Part shown: piece after piece, positions 49,300 to 63,170 of the stretch
Numbering within the stretch: position 1 is the first letter of the stretch
Layout of the letters: every line of letters starts with the position of its first letter
Assembly (NCBI RefSeq): GCF_016433145.1
Contig: NC_058130.1
Coordinates: 496,394,966-496,458,965 of the forward strand
Origin: Gracilinanus agilis
Lineage: Eukaryota
DNA: 64,000 bases
Direction: 5' to 3'
Notes under the pieces: model-generated
Database searches by the model: none
What the model saw: the letters and a program-made list of their open reading frames with translations, nothing else
Told to the model about the DNA's origin: nothing
Translations under genes and position numbers: made by a program

Positions 49300-50810
49300 C
49301 TAGCAGATTTTAAATTATAAGGTGGCAATCATCAAAATATTAGATTAGAAATATTAGATGAGAATCAATATTAGATGAGAAATAAAAGGATTGATCAGTG
49401 GGATAGATTAGGTACACAATACATAGATGTCAAAGATGATAGTAATCTAATGTTTGATAAACACTAAGGTCCACACTCTGGGAACAAGAATTCACTATTT
49501 GATAAAACTTTTGAGAAAACCAGAAAGCAGACTGTCAGAAACCAAGCATAGACCAACATCTCACACTGTATATCAAGATAAAATCAAAATGAGTACATGA
49601 TTTAGACAAAAAGAGTGCTATCATAAACAAATTAAGGGAGCATGAGAAAAATTATTTGTCATAAATATGGATAAGGGAAGAGCTTATAATCAAATAAGAT
49701 AAAGAAAATCATGTGATATAAAGTTGATAATTTGATTACATTAATTAAAAAGATTTTACCAAAATGAAACCAATGTAACCAAATTTAGAAGGAAAACAGG
49801 AAAATGTAGTAGGGGTGAAAAACATCAAATCTCTTTGATAAAGTCATCATTTTTCAAATAAATAGAAAATTGATCCAATTTTATTCTCTGATTGTTGAGT
49901 AGTCAAAGAATGTGAACAGACAATTTTCAGAAGAAGAAATCAAAGTTATCTATAGTCATATGAAAAAGGCTCTACATCTCTCTTGATTAAATAAGAGTAA
50001 ATTAAAGCAACTCTAAGGACACTTCACACTAATCATATTGGCTAACATGACAGAGAAGGAAAATTACAAATGTGGGAGGAAATATGGAAAAATAGGTACA
50101 ATAATGTACCACTGGTAGAGTCAAAAACTGATCTAACCATTCTAGAGAACAATATGGAACTATGTCTAATGGGTATAAAACTGCACACTTTTTACTCCAG
50201 AAATCCTGCTACTAGTTCTATATCCAAAAGAGATCAAAGAAGAAGGAAAAGAACTGGTACAAAACTATTTGTCAGTTTTTTGTGTGTCGTAGAACTGGAA
50301 ATTGGGGGATATCCATCAATTGGGAAATGGCTGAACAAGTTGTGGTATATGATTGTGATGAAATTCTATTGTGATATAAGAAATTATGAAGCAGATAGTT
50401 TTGGAAAACCTGAGAAGACTTATATGAACTGATGCAAAATAAAGTGAGCAGAACCAGGAGAACATTTTACACAGGAACAGTTTATATTGTAAGAATAAGC
50501 AACTATGAAAGATTTAGCTATTCTCACTACAATGACCCAAAATAATTCTTAAGTCCTCACAATGGAAAATGCTATCCACTTCCAGACAGAAAACTAATAA
50601 ACTCTAAATACATATTTAAACATGTTTTCCTTTATTGTTATTGCTTTTTGCAATGTAGCTAATATGGAAATATGTTTTTCATGATGCCATATAAATAATG
50701 AATATCATATTGCTTGTCTTCTCAATTTATGGGAGAAGGATTAGAGGAAGAGAATCTAGAACTAGAAACTTTTAATTGAATATTAAAATATTTTTAAAAA
50801 CCTAAATTTA
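49300..50810 (+). mobile_element. Old L1: distal ORF2 and 3' UTR
   Basis: ORF 50070..50432 contains GYPSIGKWLNKLWYM from the L1 ORF2 C-terminus. Confidence 0.88.
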
Positions 50811-52000
50811 AAAAATTAAAATTGATATATGATAGTTGAGAGAAAAAGAGAGTTTGAGAGTCAAGGAAGTGAAAACCAGGAAAATAATATGCAATAGCTA
50901 CAATGTAGCCAAAAAGAGCAATAAAATGAAAGTAAATGATGCATAATTAAAATGACCAAGGTCCCCTTAAAGAAATAAGAAAATGCACTTCCATCTTTTA
51001 GTTGGACAATTAGAAATGAGATATGTATATGGATTAGAGTAGTGTAAATTATTTTTAATTTATTTTTTAAAAGTTTGCTAGTTATAAAAGATGGTCATGT
51101 TTGGAAATAAATGTAACACAAAAAAAGGCAACAATAATTCTTTAAAATAAGTTTATAAGCAACAGTGAATTCTATAGTGTGTGGGCCCTGGGAGGGGGAA
51201 TATATAGAGCATTCATTTTCTAATAGTAATAACTGAAATTTGCATAATTCTTTAAGATTTACAAAGGACTTCACATTTGTTAACTCATTTGATGCTCACA
51301 ACTTCCCTGACACTCTTAGGACTACTTTTAAGACAAAGAAACTTAACCAAGCTAGTTTGTGACAGAGGCAAGAAACAATTCTAGGTCTTTCCTGACCATG
51401 CTTCACTTATAGCCAATCCAAATCCAGAACCCTGTTCACTACAACACATTGCTTTACATAACAGCTAGTGTAATATAAGGAAAAACTGGGACCAAGCAAC
51501 CAAAATACTAAAGAAATGGGATCAAGCAGCCAGTATACTAAATAAATGTTTTGTGTGTAGACCGTAAAATTGCTCATAGTTATACTGCACTCATAGTTTT
51601 GGTCTCTTCTATTTAATGGCTTGGTGCTTGCTGACATACCATTTCAGTGACTTACCAGACAAGAATAATAGCAGTTTTCCTCCAACATTCTACCTTTCAT
51701 GCATTGACTTGGCCCTCTCTCTTATTCCCTTTCAGCACCTTTCATTTTTTCTGAAACCTTACCCTCTTAAATGTGGGTGGAGAAGGGAGGAGGGATATGG
51801 TAATAAATCTATCCCTCCTACTTCAATTCTCTCATGGAGATTTCTTTGTACCTTGCCTATGCAGTTATCACATTCTAATTGTCACCAAAGTTAGTTACCA
51901 ACTTTCCTAATTTCCCTAGCTAAGCTGCAAATTTCTCAAAGCTAGAGACTATGTCTTTTTCTAGCATCTACATAAGACCTTGCACATAGATTTTTCAATA

Positions 52001-52111
52001 AAAAAGGAAAAAAGGAAAAAAGGAAAGGAAAGGAAGGGAAGAGAAGGGAAGGGAAAGGTAGGGAAAGGTAGGGAAGGGAAGGGAAGGGAAGGGAAGGGAA
52101 GGGAGGAGGGA
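52001..52111. repeat. Polypurine (GGAAA/GGGAA)n repeat
   Basis: Read directly. Confidence 0.95.
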
Positions 52112-52914
52112 GCAATTACTTTTAAAATTATTTGAGAACCACCTCTCAAAAAATCATGTTTGTGGTCTCTAACCCAACCTCAAATATTTCAGCTTTAATG
52201 AATGTGCCCCATAGGCTATGTAAATAAAATTTCATAAGAAAGACTGTAAGTAAAATTCTAGATAATTAGACATATGCAAATCTAAATCATTTTTACAAAT
52301 GGATACAAATTATTAGCATCTGTTTGCATGTGGTCTTTCAGGTACACAGTGAGATTTTTTTTTTTTTGCTAACTCTAGGTTGCTTTTATTAAAGGGTATT
52401 TGTTTAGATAATGGGATGCATCATAAAGATTGAATGAGAATATGCCTGCCTGGCTAAAATTACAGAAGAGAGGGAAATGTAAAAATCTGATTAAAGTGAG
52501 AAGGCTAATGTTAATGAGGTATTTATGTTAGCAATATGTAAAGTAAAATATAAATTGTTTTCCCAAAAGGTCATGTTTGTATTATGTGTTTTTGTGTACA
52601 GTCAGTATATTTGACACCATTTTTTAAAAGACCACCTAAGCTAACTAGCTTTTCCAAATACAATTCAGAATGTTGCTTTTTATTCTGTACACTTCCTGTT
52701 GCCAGGACGCTAGATCCTCTTTCCATGTGCCCTCCTCAAAGCTCCAATAAAATGATCACAATAAACAGAATTATCTTCTTAAATATATTACTTCGGCTCC
52801 TTGAATATAAGTGACTTCATGGAGATCTTCTAAAGGAAATAGAGAACCTTTCTGCCTACAAGCCATAATTCTATAAAACTACTTTGTTCAAATTCTATGG
52901 AGCTAAAAAATAAT

Positions 52915-53200
52915 AGTAGTAACTAGCATTTATATAACACTTCGAGGTTTGCAAAAAGTACTTTACATGGCTTTAACAATGTTGTCCCAGAAAGAACAAT
53001 TAAATTAAAGTGAATGATCTCATTATCTCATTGTTATTTTATTTAATTTGATTCTCCCAACCATGCTATGAGGTAGATACAATTATTATATCTTTTTTAC
53101 TGTCACGGAGAGGTCAAATGATTTGTGCAGGGGCACATATCTCATAAAAATCTAAGGAAGAATTTGAACTCAGGTCTGATTCCAAGACCTAGCATAATAT
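52915..53200 (-). mobile_element. MIR (interrupted)
   Basis: tagcatttatataacacttcgaggtttgcaaa...gcagggcacata. Confidence 0.65.
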
Positions 53201-53991
53201 CACAGCTCTGTCATGTCTTGTTTACAAATGACATATTTAAGATAGTGGTAGGAAAAAATTAAATATTAGCTAAAAATAAAATGGTTTGGACTGGCAAAAC
53301 AGTATAAATGGTTGGAAGACATTTCAGTAGAAGAAAAGAAAAAGCAGAAATTACCCTAATTAACTCTGTTATTACCCCTAAGAATACTGAGTCAAAACAA
53401 CCTTCTAAATTCTGAGTACAATGGGGGAAAAATGACTTCAGCTAGATTCCATATACTGCAAATAATTAATTAATAATGATTAATAAGAGGTTGCATTATT
53501 TAAATTCATAATATTCAAAGTTAGAATTATATGTGAAACATAGAAACTAGTCCAACCTAATAGAATATGCAATAAAAAATTGAAATAAGTTTTTATCTCT
53601 TTATTATTAATATAACAAAAAAGAATAACATATTTTTAATTCAAGTGTATTACAAAACAATAGACCAGTTATAGAAAGCAAAACAAAACCTACACTAATA
53701 ATAAAAAGAAAACACCATTATTGTTACTTAAAACATTAGAGTAGTATAGAATGAATGGTCTTTCTTTAAATCTTCATATATATGTTGTTGGGTGCTGAGA
53801 ACTTTATCCATATCTCGAAGAATTTGCATGCTCAGATTCTCACTCAATAAACCAAACAAGAGTAGTTGGACAGCGAGAATCATCTTAAATTGAATTATCT
53901 TAAATTAGTAGTGCCTTAGAAGTAATATTGTTGAACTTAAAAGTATTTTTTTTCAAAAGCTAGGATAAAATAACTTGAAAACCAGTAAAAG

Positions 53992-54195
53992 TTGGGGCAG
54001 TTAGGTGATTCAGTGGATAGAGAGCCAGGCTTAGAGACAGGAGATCTTGGGTTCAAATGTGACCTCAGACACACTTCCTTGCTGTGTGACCCTGTGCAAG
54101 TCAAATCCCTATTGCCTAATCCTTACCACTCTTCTGTCTTGGAATGAATACTTGGTATTGATTCTAAGACAGAAGGTAAAAGTTTGTTGTTTTTT
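53992..54195 (+). mobile_element. SINE1_Mdo-like SINE
   Basis: ggggcagttaggtgattcagtggatagagagccagg...gattctaagacagaagg. Confidence 0.85.
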
Positions 54196-54914
54196 TAATG
54201 CATCTTTAGTAACCCAGTTTTCTTATTTGCCCACCAAAAGACTGCACAAGATCAATAGTTAGAGCCCTCTAGGAGTGCTAGGGTTTTGAGACAGAAACAA
54301 GCCTTGGTTTTAATTTAAACCAAGTCTTTTGCATTAATTACCAATAAAAGTATTAAATGACTTTTAAAATATTTAAATCCATTTGGATTTTTTCTTTATT
54401 CCTTTCCTTTTTTAAATTTTCATTTCATTTTAAAGTTCACCTCATTTCTTTTTATCATTTTTTCATTTTCATTTTTCATTTTCAATCACTTCATTTTTCT
54501 TTTTCTTTTTTTTAAAATTTTCCATTGTAAGCTTCTTGATATCAGGGGATGTCTTTTGTCTCTTTTTTGCATCTCTAGTACAATTTCAAGAATGTAGTAG
54601 GCACTTAATAAATGCTTGTTGATTGACTGGTTTCTGAAGGTATCTTTTCCCAGAATAAGCCTGTTTAATCCACACTAAAATTTTGATCAATGTATCTAGC
54701 TTTAATTATTTTCCTCAAAGAATTGGGATATTTAGCTTTCACGCCTGCATATGAACTGGCCTTCACTCTACTAACTTTAATATTATGTAAATGAGTACAA
54801 TTTTTAAAGCAATCAAACTAACCGACATTTTTTCAATAAAAATTTCTTCACTATTCATTTCATTTCTATTTTCTTTCACAGTTTTAGATCAATCTAATGT
54901 TTGTTTTTTTCTGA

Positions 54915-55115
54915 ATGGTGGTTCTTCTAAGATGAATATGACTTTTTTGTTTTCTTTTGAAATCCTTATCTTCCATCTTAGAATAAATATTGAGTATTGG
55001 TACCAACAGTAGGGGCTACACAATGGAGTTTAAGGGACTTGCTCAGGGTCACACAGCTAGGAAGTGACTGAGTCCAAATTTGAACCCTGTCTTTAGACCT
55101 AAGTCTCAATCCAGT
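54915..55115 (-). mobile_element. SINE1_Mdo-like SINE (degraded)
   Basis: ccttatcttccatcttagaataaatattgag...cagggtcacacagctaggaag. Confidence 0.7.
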
Positions 55116-55669
55116 TTTTATGCATTTTTAAGGTATCTTTGATTGATATCTTAAATCTTTATAGCTAAAAGACCCTCCATTTTGATGACTTTTCTTCCTT
55201 GCTTTTACAAACCACAAAAATCTGATATGAATTCGCTTTTTTCTTTTGCTTTTCCACTGTTTTATAATATTATTTACATCAGATACAGGCATTCTATCAT
55301 CTCATCCTATTTTTAGAATTACCTTGAATTCATCAATGCCACTCAAATACATCAAATTTTTGTTCTAATATAATAATAAACAGCTTTTTCTTGTCTTAAC
55401 AGTATTTCTATCCAAAGTAGCCATCCTTTTATATATTCTATTAAGGACTCTTCTTGAAATCAACTGAATATAACCTTTGGTAATATTGTACATGACAGCA
55501 CATTAAATCCACATGTAATCATAAGCAGGTGATGACTAGTGAAGTAATGGTGTTCTAAACCAGCCCAAAGGAGTCACATTAATTTAATTTTGACTTGCGT
55601 GAAATGCAACCTAGAATAATTTTATAATGCATACAGAAACATATTTTGCATTACTCAAACTTGCCCACA

Positions 55670-56030
55670 CTGAGAGATTAAGTGACTTGCCTAGGGTAAT
55701 ACATATATGGTCAAGGGGGGCACTTGAACCCACATCTTCCTGATCCCAAACTAGCTCTATCAATTATACATTGCCTTTCATACCAATATAAGTAGAAATT
55801 AACAAGAGAGGAAGCATGATGTATAGGAAAGAGATTTCCAGGTTTGGAGTCAAAACACTTGGGTTTTAATCCCTCTCCAGACACTTACTACCTCTGTTTT
55901 CATGGAGGGAATCATTTCGCTTCTGGTACCTCAATTGTTTCATCTGCAAAATGAGAATAACAATGTTTATATTTTCAGATTTGCTGTGAGAGTAACCCAT
56001 AGTTCCTAAAGCATAAAAAGCTACATAAAA
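55670..56030. mobile_element. Two MIR-family SINEs (minus about 55670-55780, plus about 55810-56030)
   Basis: CORE motifs in opposite orientations. Confidence 0.6.
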
Positions 56031-56264
56031 ATGATCTTCATCAATATCTATATCTACCCATAAATGTTTGCCTCCTTCACCCCTGATCCGTCTGCTCAGA
56101 ATCCATTATTATTTATATATGGCTCTGTATCTGCACCTGTTCTAGCCATGCTTTATTCTACTCTCTGGCCATCTTTTCACCAGTCATCTTGCAATTATGT
56201 TCGTCCTCTTCCCCTTACCCTCTTTCTAGTTCTAAAGCCATAATCAAATCAATGATGCCATTAC

Positions 56265-56620
56265 TAGTCAGTCAACCTGTAAGCATTTATTGTGTCTACT
56301 ATGTGCCAGACGCCATGCTAAATTCTGAGTATTCAAGACAAGGCAACAGATAATAGATAGAGTCCTTACCCTCACAGGGCTCACAGTCTAATAGTTTAGA
56401 AGCCGAAGTAAACAAATATGTACAAATAAGTTGTTTACAAGATAAATTAGAAATAACTAACAGGGGGTAGACACTGGAATGAAGAGAGATGATAAAGGCT
56501 TCCTAGAGAAGATAAGATTTTTTAGTTGGTATTCAAAGGAAGCTGGGAGGCAGAGAAGAAGAAGGAGAGCATTCCTGGCAAGGGAGAATGGTCAAAGAAA
56601 ATGTCCAGAATGGAGTCGTG
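56265..56620 (-). mobile_element. L2 3' fragment
   Basis: cagtcaacctgtaagcatttattgtgtctactatgtgccagacgccatgct is an L2 tail in reverse. Confidence 0.75.
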
Positions 56621-56749
56621 AAGTATCTCGTTTGTGGAACGGAAAGGAGGCTTGTGTCAGTAGATCAAAGAGTAAGAATGGGATGTGCACTGCTAGGTGA
56701 TACAGCTGATATGAGCCTGGAGTCAGGAAGACCTAACTTTAGACCTGGT

Positions 56750-56904
56750 NNNNNNNNNNNNNNNNNNNNNNNNNNNNNNNNNNNNNNNNNNNNNNNNNNN
56801 NNNNNNNNNNNNNNNNNNNNNNNNNNNNNNNNNNNNNNNNNNNNNNNNNNNNNNNNNNNNNNNNNNNNNNNNNNNNNNNNNNNNNNNNNNNNNNNNNNNN
56901 NNNN
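56750..56904. other. Assembly gap (155 N) inside a CORE-SINE
   Basis: Run of N with a SINE head on the left and a MIR-like tail on the right. Confidence 0.95.
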
Positions 56905-57989
56905 CGTAGTGCCTAGCACATAGAAGCTTAAAACGGTCGCCCCCTTCCCTCTTCCTTCTTCTAGGGACCAAGTTTCAGTCAACTCTTTAATCTAGTGACA
57001 ACCGTAATCAACTTATCTAGTCTTGTTCAAGTGAACGAATGATTCTTTTCCTAACAGCTTGGTAAGCAAAATGCTAATTGGTGAGCTTACTAAGAATTAT
57101 TTGACTGATGTAGACAGACATTAACTTCTTTTGATCATTATCAGGATCTCTTGGTTTCTTCCTTACCTCCATTAATCACAGAAATTTTTGAAATTCTACT
57201 AATGATTACTAACTGCTAATTTATATTGAATGTTATAATATGAACACAAGGAAATAAGTGACAAGTCTGGGAGATTCCATCATTGTCTCTTCCTATAGTT
57301 TAATAAGCAGATAAGCCTTAATTATTCATGGAACTTCATAGTATTCCAGTAAATGTTCATAAATGCATTTTGTAAAAGCAATGAAGTCTCGATGATTTCA
57401 TACCTGACTCCCCCTCTCTGCCACTAAATTGTTCACTGAAATGTGAAGTGATATTGTTGATGGGATTAGGAGAATTAAATTAGTGAAGCGGTGAAGGGAG
57501 AGGAATTGTAGGACTACTGATGCTATAATTAATTTTTCCAAATTGAATTTGACTTTGTTAGACACTGATGTCACTGTTTTTGTTCAAATATCTTTGTTAA
57601 GTCTCTCCCTAGGGAATCACCTCTCTCATCACTTAAAGCTAATGGAGCCCCCAAAGACTGTGCTTGTACCATTATTGTCATCTATAAAGCCTGCTAAACA
57701 TGATGGTCAAATCCCTGACTCCAGGATAATGCCACCAAAAATTATAGCCTACTCCATTAAAACCATTCTAAGATGAAGAAACATTCTGGAAAAAAGGTTA
57801 ACTAAGGTGACCATGCTGAAGTTCTAGACTTTCCACTAGGAACCACATGGGTTCTTGTCTTCCACCAGAATTTCCTGTGGCTCTATATCTCCTCTACATT
57901 TATTTTCTAGTTTAGCAATGTGGGGCTGGGGGAGTGGGTGGAAAAACATGATGTAATGACTAGAGGGCTGAACTGATTGAGGAATTTGT

Positions 57990-58700
57990 TGGATATGAAT
58001 CTTGCTTCTAAGCTTCACTAGCAAGTCTTTTATCCTCTCTGAGGCAGTTTCTTCATCTATAAAACAAGCAGAATACTTCCTGTGGTATCTACTTCTTAGG
58101 GCTTTGTTAGGATCAAATAAAATGATGTCTGCAGAGCGCTTAACAAAATCAAAATCAAGTACTTTATAAACTATATTGTCATAGGAGTTGGTAAAAATGA
58201 AGATGTCACTGCCAATTGCCAAAATCTATACTCATGACAACACTGTTATTGCCAGATAATTAGGATAGAACCTCAGTTATAGCTCTCCAACCAATGCCAA
58301 TCAACATTTATTGAGCATTTTAAAGGAAACTGTGTACTAGGAACCATGAAGAATTCTTGGACTTGGAAAATATGATATTATCATCCAAGAAGTTAAAGAT
58401 AATGAAAGAGAGAAAAGAACATACATAAAGCAAAGATTAGGGCTAATTGAGAGGCAGCTAGGTGGTATAGTAGATGAAGTAAAGATCTGGCAGAAGAAAA
58501 ATGAGTTTAAATCTACCCTCAGATATTTACTTGCTTTGTGTCTCTGAGCAAGTCATATATTCTGTCTGACTCAATTTCCCTCGTCTATAAAATGGAGGTA
58601 AAAAAGTAGCACCTAAAGTTGCTAAGAGTATAAAATGAGATATTTGTAAAGCACTTTACAAACATTAAAGAATTCCAAAAATGCTAATTAATATTATTAG
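57990..58700 (+). mobile_element. MIR-family SINEs (about 57990-58180 and 58450-58700)
   Basis: CORE motifs cagtttcttcatctataaaa and caatttccctcgtctataaaatgg. Confidence 0.65.
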
Positions 58701-59189
58701 TTGGAGAAGTCAACCAGAATTAATGGAAAAGAATGAATTATATAATAACCTTCAAGTAGAGATAGTAACTCAAACTAAGCTAAAAGAGGTGACCAATAGA
58801 GGTTTTATTTTACTAAATAGAAAAGAATTACAATTCCCATAGCAAAGCACAAGCCTAAACAGCCTTAACCTCGGATTACATTTAAATTACATCAGGGTCT
58901 TCTAAAATGCTTTTAAACTACTTAAGTAGTGTTGCCATTTCCCTTAGAATTTGTGGCAGAACAGAAAGAATGTTAGTGGTGGAGTCAGATGCCCAAAAAT
59001 CTGTAATTGTACAATTCACGTAACTCTTTTCTGTTTCCATCTTTGTAAAATAAGGGGGTTAAATTAGATGACCTTGGAGATTTCTTCAGGATTAAAATCT
59101 TTGTAACTAATTTGCTTATCCGATTCCTTTTATATAATTAGTATAATGCTAACCTTAAGGATATACCTTGTCCAAATTATTACATATTG

Positions 59190-59355
59190 TTATTGAGTCA
59201 TTATGCAGTTGTGCCTTACTCTTCATGACTTCATTTGGGGTTTTCTTGGCAAAGATGCTGGAGTGGTTTGCTATTTCCTCCTCCAGCTCCTTTTACAGAT
59301 CAGAAAATTGAGACACACAAGCTTAAGTGACTTGCCCAGGGTCACACAGCTAGAA
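59190..59355 (-). mobile_element. MAR1-like SINE
   Basis: catttggggttttcttggcaaagatgctggagtggtttgctatttcc. Confidence 0.8.
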
Positions 59356-59929
59356 ATCTGGTAAAAATGGAGTCGTAAATTAGACATATGAAGTTACTGG
59401 AATAGAGAAGATCATGGTATAAACATGAGTTTGATATGAGGTATTTGTGATATGGGGGTTATTCAAGTGCAAAGGTCTGGAAGAGTAAATGTTGAGATCT
59501 CAGTCCAAGGTGAACAACCCTGAATGACAGAGCAGGACTATGCTAAAAGAAATGTGATACCCAGGGCCTCATTAGAGTCTGAGAGAGTGTAGCCAGATAC
59601 ACTTGCTTTGGGGGATGATATGACCAGAGTAATGACAGAATTTCCTAGCAACATGAACTAGGCAATTATTTTTGTAATAATACATTTATGTGCCACTTTA
59701 GAGTTTACTAAGGGGCATTCACATACATTTTCCTAATGGACCCTTGCAACAACTTTGCAAGGTGGTCAGTGCAAAATAAATATCCTCACTGCACAGATGA
59801 AAAAACTGAGATTTGAGGAAGATTGTGACTTGCCCAGTATCATATGATTTAGTGGTAGATCTAAGTCTAAAACTTTAACATCTTGACTTTCTTCAGCATA
59901 AGATAGTTACAGATAAAGATTTTTTAATG

Positions 59930-60040
59930 GGAGCTACAGTAGACTTTGTGCTTGTTGAATCAACAGTGACATGTCATCCAAGAAATGCTAATGTGACCAT
60001 AGATTGAATTAGTAGAAGTATTCTGTCTAGAACAAGAGAG
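59930..60040 (+). mobile_element. CR1/L3 fragment
   Basis: aatcaacagtgacatgtcatccaagaaatgctaatg...tagaacaagagagg. Confidence 0.55.
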
Positions 60041-61849
60041 GTAAGAGAAGTGGACAGAAGAAATTTACAAACAAAAATAGAGTTGTTTTAGTCAGTCTAT
60101 AAAGAAAAGCTTTCAAATAAGATAAGGAATATAAGGTGCTTTGGTAGCTGTAAAGTACTGTTGAAATATCAGTAATTATCAACAGCATCATTATTTCTCA
60201 CTTATGAATACTCTTCATTTGATCACCTTCTCATCTGCTATCTGTGTTGTTCTCCATTTGAATAATAATATCTGATACTTATATAGCATTTCAAAGCTGG
60301 CAAAATGTTATATATTCATTTGATCCTCACCTCTCGAGAAAGTCGTTACTGGAGTTATTACAACCATCTTCATTTTATAGATAAAGAAGTGGAAGGAGCC
60401 TCAAAGAGGTTAAAATTTTTTCTTCACTGTTAATAAGCATCAGAGGTGGGATCTGATCTTTGATTATCCTGACTACAAGTTTTTCACTGTATTCATTATA
60501 CTTGCTGCTTCTCTTGAGCTAATCGTGTACCCTTGGCTAGATTTTACATTTCTCAATGGCAAATATGATGTCATACTTTTCATTATCCTCCACAGTTCCT
60601 AATAAACCATTTCCCATAGGAAATTGATGACACCATTGATAACAACTGAAAGAATGATATATATTCACAAATGCACATGTACAAAATGATAATGCAGATG
60701 TACAGAAATGAATAAAACATACAAAAAGATAAACAGAGCATCTCATTTGCTTACATGGTCTTTTAAAAATTCTTACCACTAAGATCTCATATATTAAATT
60801 TTTACTTCTGCCACATATTTTAGAAAATATTGCATACTAATCTACTTTGAAGTATGGAATCACTCTACTACCTACATCAATTATGAACAATGAAATTTTT
60901 CTCAATATATATGTATTATATTATACTTATAATTTATAATATATATTTATTTTTAATTTATCATTATTTTTATAATTTATCAATATTCATCATTATTAAT
61001 ATGTTGCTTATTTAACAATAAATTGTTATTAATATATCATTGGTTTCTTATTTTATTAAATCATATTATATGAAATTATTATTTGGCATTTTATACACAT
61101 GACAGGCTTACATGTAGAATCGTAAGCACATTGACTACCTATTGCTACTCTAATTCTGCTATGAAAAAGAATAAAGTAGATGTGGCTTTTAGAGAGCCTG
61201 GGACTTGTGATTTCAGGAGGTAGGATACAGATGGGGAATCTGGGGATCTGGAAAGGGAACTGCTGTGAATTTCATGCAGATACTTAAAATCCCATCTGGA
61301 AAAAGACACAGTCAAAGATTTCCTGACTGAACCAGGTTCATGTGGGATTAAGACAAATATATAGACTTGCTTCATGTCTCACACCACGACAAATGTGCAT
61401 AGGGCCATAATTTTCCAAAAAAGAACATTAGCCCCTCATTACCACACATAGCAGCATTTCTTATGAGCCAGGACAGGCCACAAGCATTGTTGTGGCATGG
61501 ATGACATTGAAATGACACCACTGTCTTCCACACATGCAAAAATGCCTGTTTGTTTAAAGCTAGCTGACCCAAGTTCTATTACTCAATCCTGGAAAAAGCA
61601 ACAAAATCAGTATGTGAGAGACCAACAGGAACACAGATCAATGGCAATCTAATTCCAAGTTATATCAGAGGGAGAGCTATGAAAGGGTAGCATATGTGAA
61701 GAGGCTAAGACATTACAGTCCTGAAATGACCTCAAGTGAATCCTCTCTAAATGAGAGTTTGAATAGTGTCCATGTGCGTATGCATGTATATGTATGTGAT
61801 GTGTATATATGTATGTATATAGAAAGATACATATTGCTCATGCAAGCCC

Positions 61850-62370
61850 CATGTAACTTTATTTTGGAGAAAAGATTCTTTAAACATTTTTTATTCTATA
61901 AATTTATTTAAAAATCAATATTTTTACAACTTCATGTAAAAATAATTTTTAACATTCAGGTTTTTTTTTAATTTTGAGTTCCAAATTCTCTCCCTTTCTC
62001 TCACCCTCTCTTCCACAGTCCCTCCCCTTCCTTCTATCTCCCTGAGACAGTAAAGCAATCTGATATAGATTTTACATGTACAATCACATAAAATATTTTT
62101 CCATATTCCATATGGTAGTAGAGATCTCAAACAAGAAGAAGGAACAAAGTGAAATGTAATATATTTTGGTCTGCATTCAGACTCCATCCGTTCTTTCTCT
62201 GGAGGGCAGATGGCATTTTTCATCATAAGTTTCTGGTATTGTCTTGGGTTACTGCATTGCTGAGAATAACTAGGTCATTCACAGTTGTTCATCCAGAAAT
62301 ATTTCTGTTACTGCATACAGTGTTTGCGTCAGTTCACTTAAGTCTTTTCAGGTTTTTCTGAAATCATCCT
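61850..62370 (-). mobile_element. Old L1 3' UTR
   Basis: Reverse complement of gatgaaaaatgccatc...tctgaatgcagac. Confidence 0.85.
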
Positions 62371-62399
62371 AGAACAGAAGTTTTTAAACTAAACTTTAT

Positions 62400-62400
62400 G

Positions 62401-62433
<33 letters not shown>
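62400..62433. repeat. (TA)n microsatellite
   Basis: Read directly. Confidence 0.95.
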
Positions 62434-62437
<4 letters not shown>

Positions 62438-62734
62438 TGCTATGTGTATACATTGCTATATGTATTGTAATATACTTGGTTTCCTTTGTAGTCCTATGTA
62501 ATTAGTCTTCAATATTCACACATATAACTTTTGTGACTGTAAGCATTCTTGCAATTTTATTAATAACCTCATTTTCATGATCCTCACCAAGTGCAACAGA
62601 AAAAAAATATGGTGCAGGCAAGTTGGCATACTACTAGGTACTTGCTAGTCTTATCACCCTAGCATTGTAATGACCTCCCCATGCATTCATTATATATTTT
62701 CATTTTTTGTCTTTAAAATTCAAGTTTTGAAATG

Positions 62735-63170
62735 ATCAGAACCAGAAGAACATTGCACATAGTGACAGCAATATAATCTTAATGAACATCTGCGAATGAC
62801 CTAGTTATTCTCAGCAATGCAGTGATCCAAGACAATCCCAAAAACTCATGATGAAAAATGCCATCTGTCCTCCAAGAAAGAACTGACAGTCTGAATGCAG
62901 ACTGAAACATTCTGTATTTAACTTTCTTCTTTTTCTTCATTTAAGATCTTTTCCACAAAATAAATAATATGGAAAAATACTTTGCATGATTGCATATGTA
63001 AAATCTGTATCAAATTGCTTGCCATTTCAGGGAGAGGGGACAGTTAGAAAAGAGGGAAAAAAGGAGGAAGACAAGTTAGAACTCAAAAAAGTTTTAAGTG
63101 AATGTTTAAAAAATTGTTTTTACATGTAACTGGGGGAAAATAAAATATTATTTAAAAATAAATTTTAATA
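62735..63170 (+). mobile_element. Old L1 3' UTR
   Basis: agaaccagaagaacattgcac...ttacatgtaactggggg, then A tail. Confidence 0.85.

Noticed and set aside
57058-57061. Possible 4-nt microexon (ctaacag|CTTG|gtaagc)
   Set aside because: Frame-shifting length, short pyrimidine tract and no supporting neighbouring exons.
57836-58222. 128-aa minus ORF
   Set aside because: Roughly half is the antisense reading of a MIR, so it is repeat-derived.
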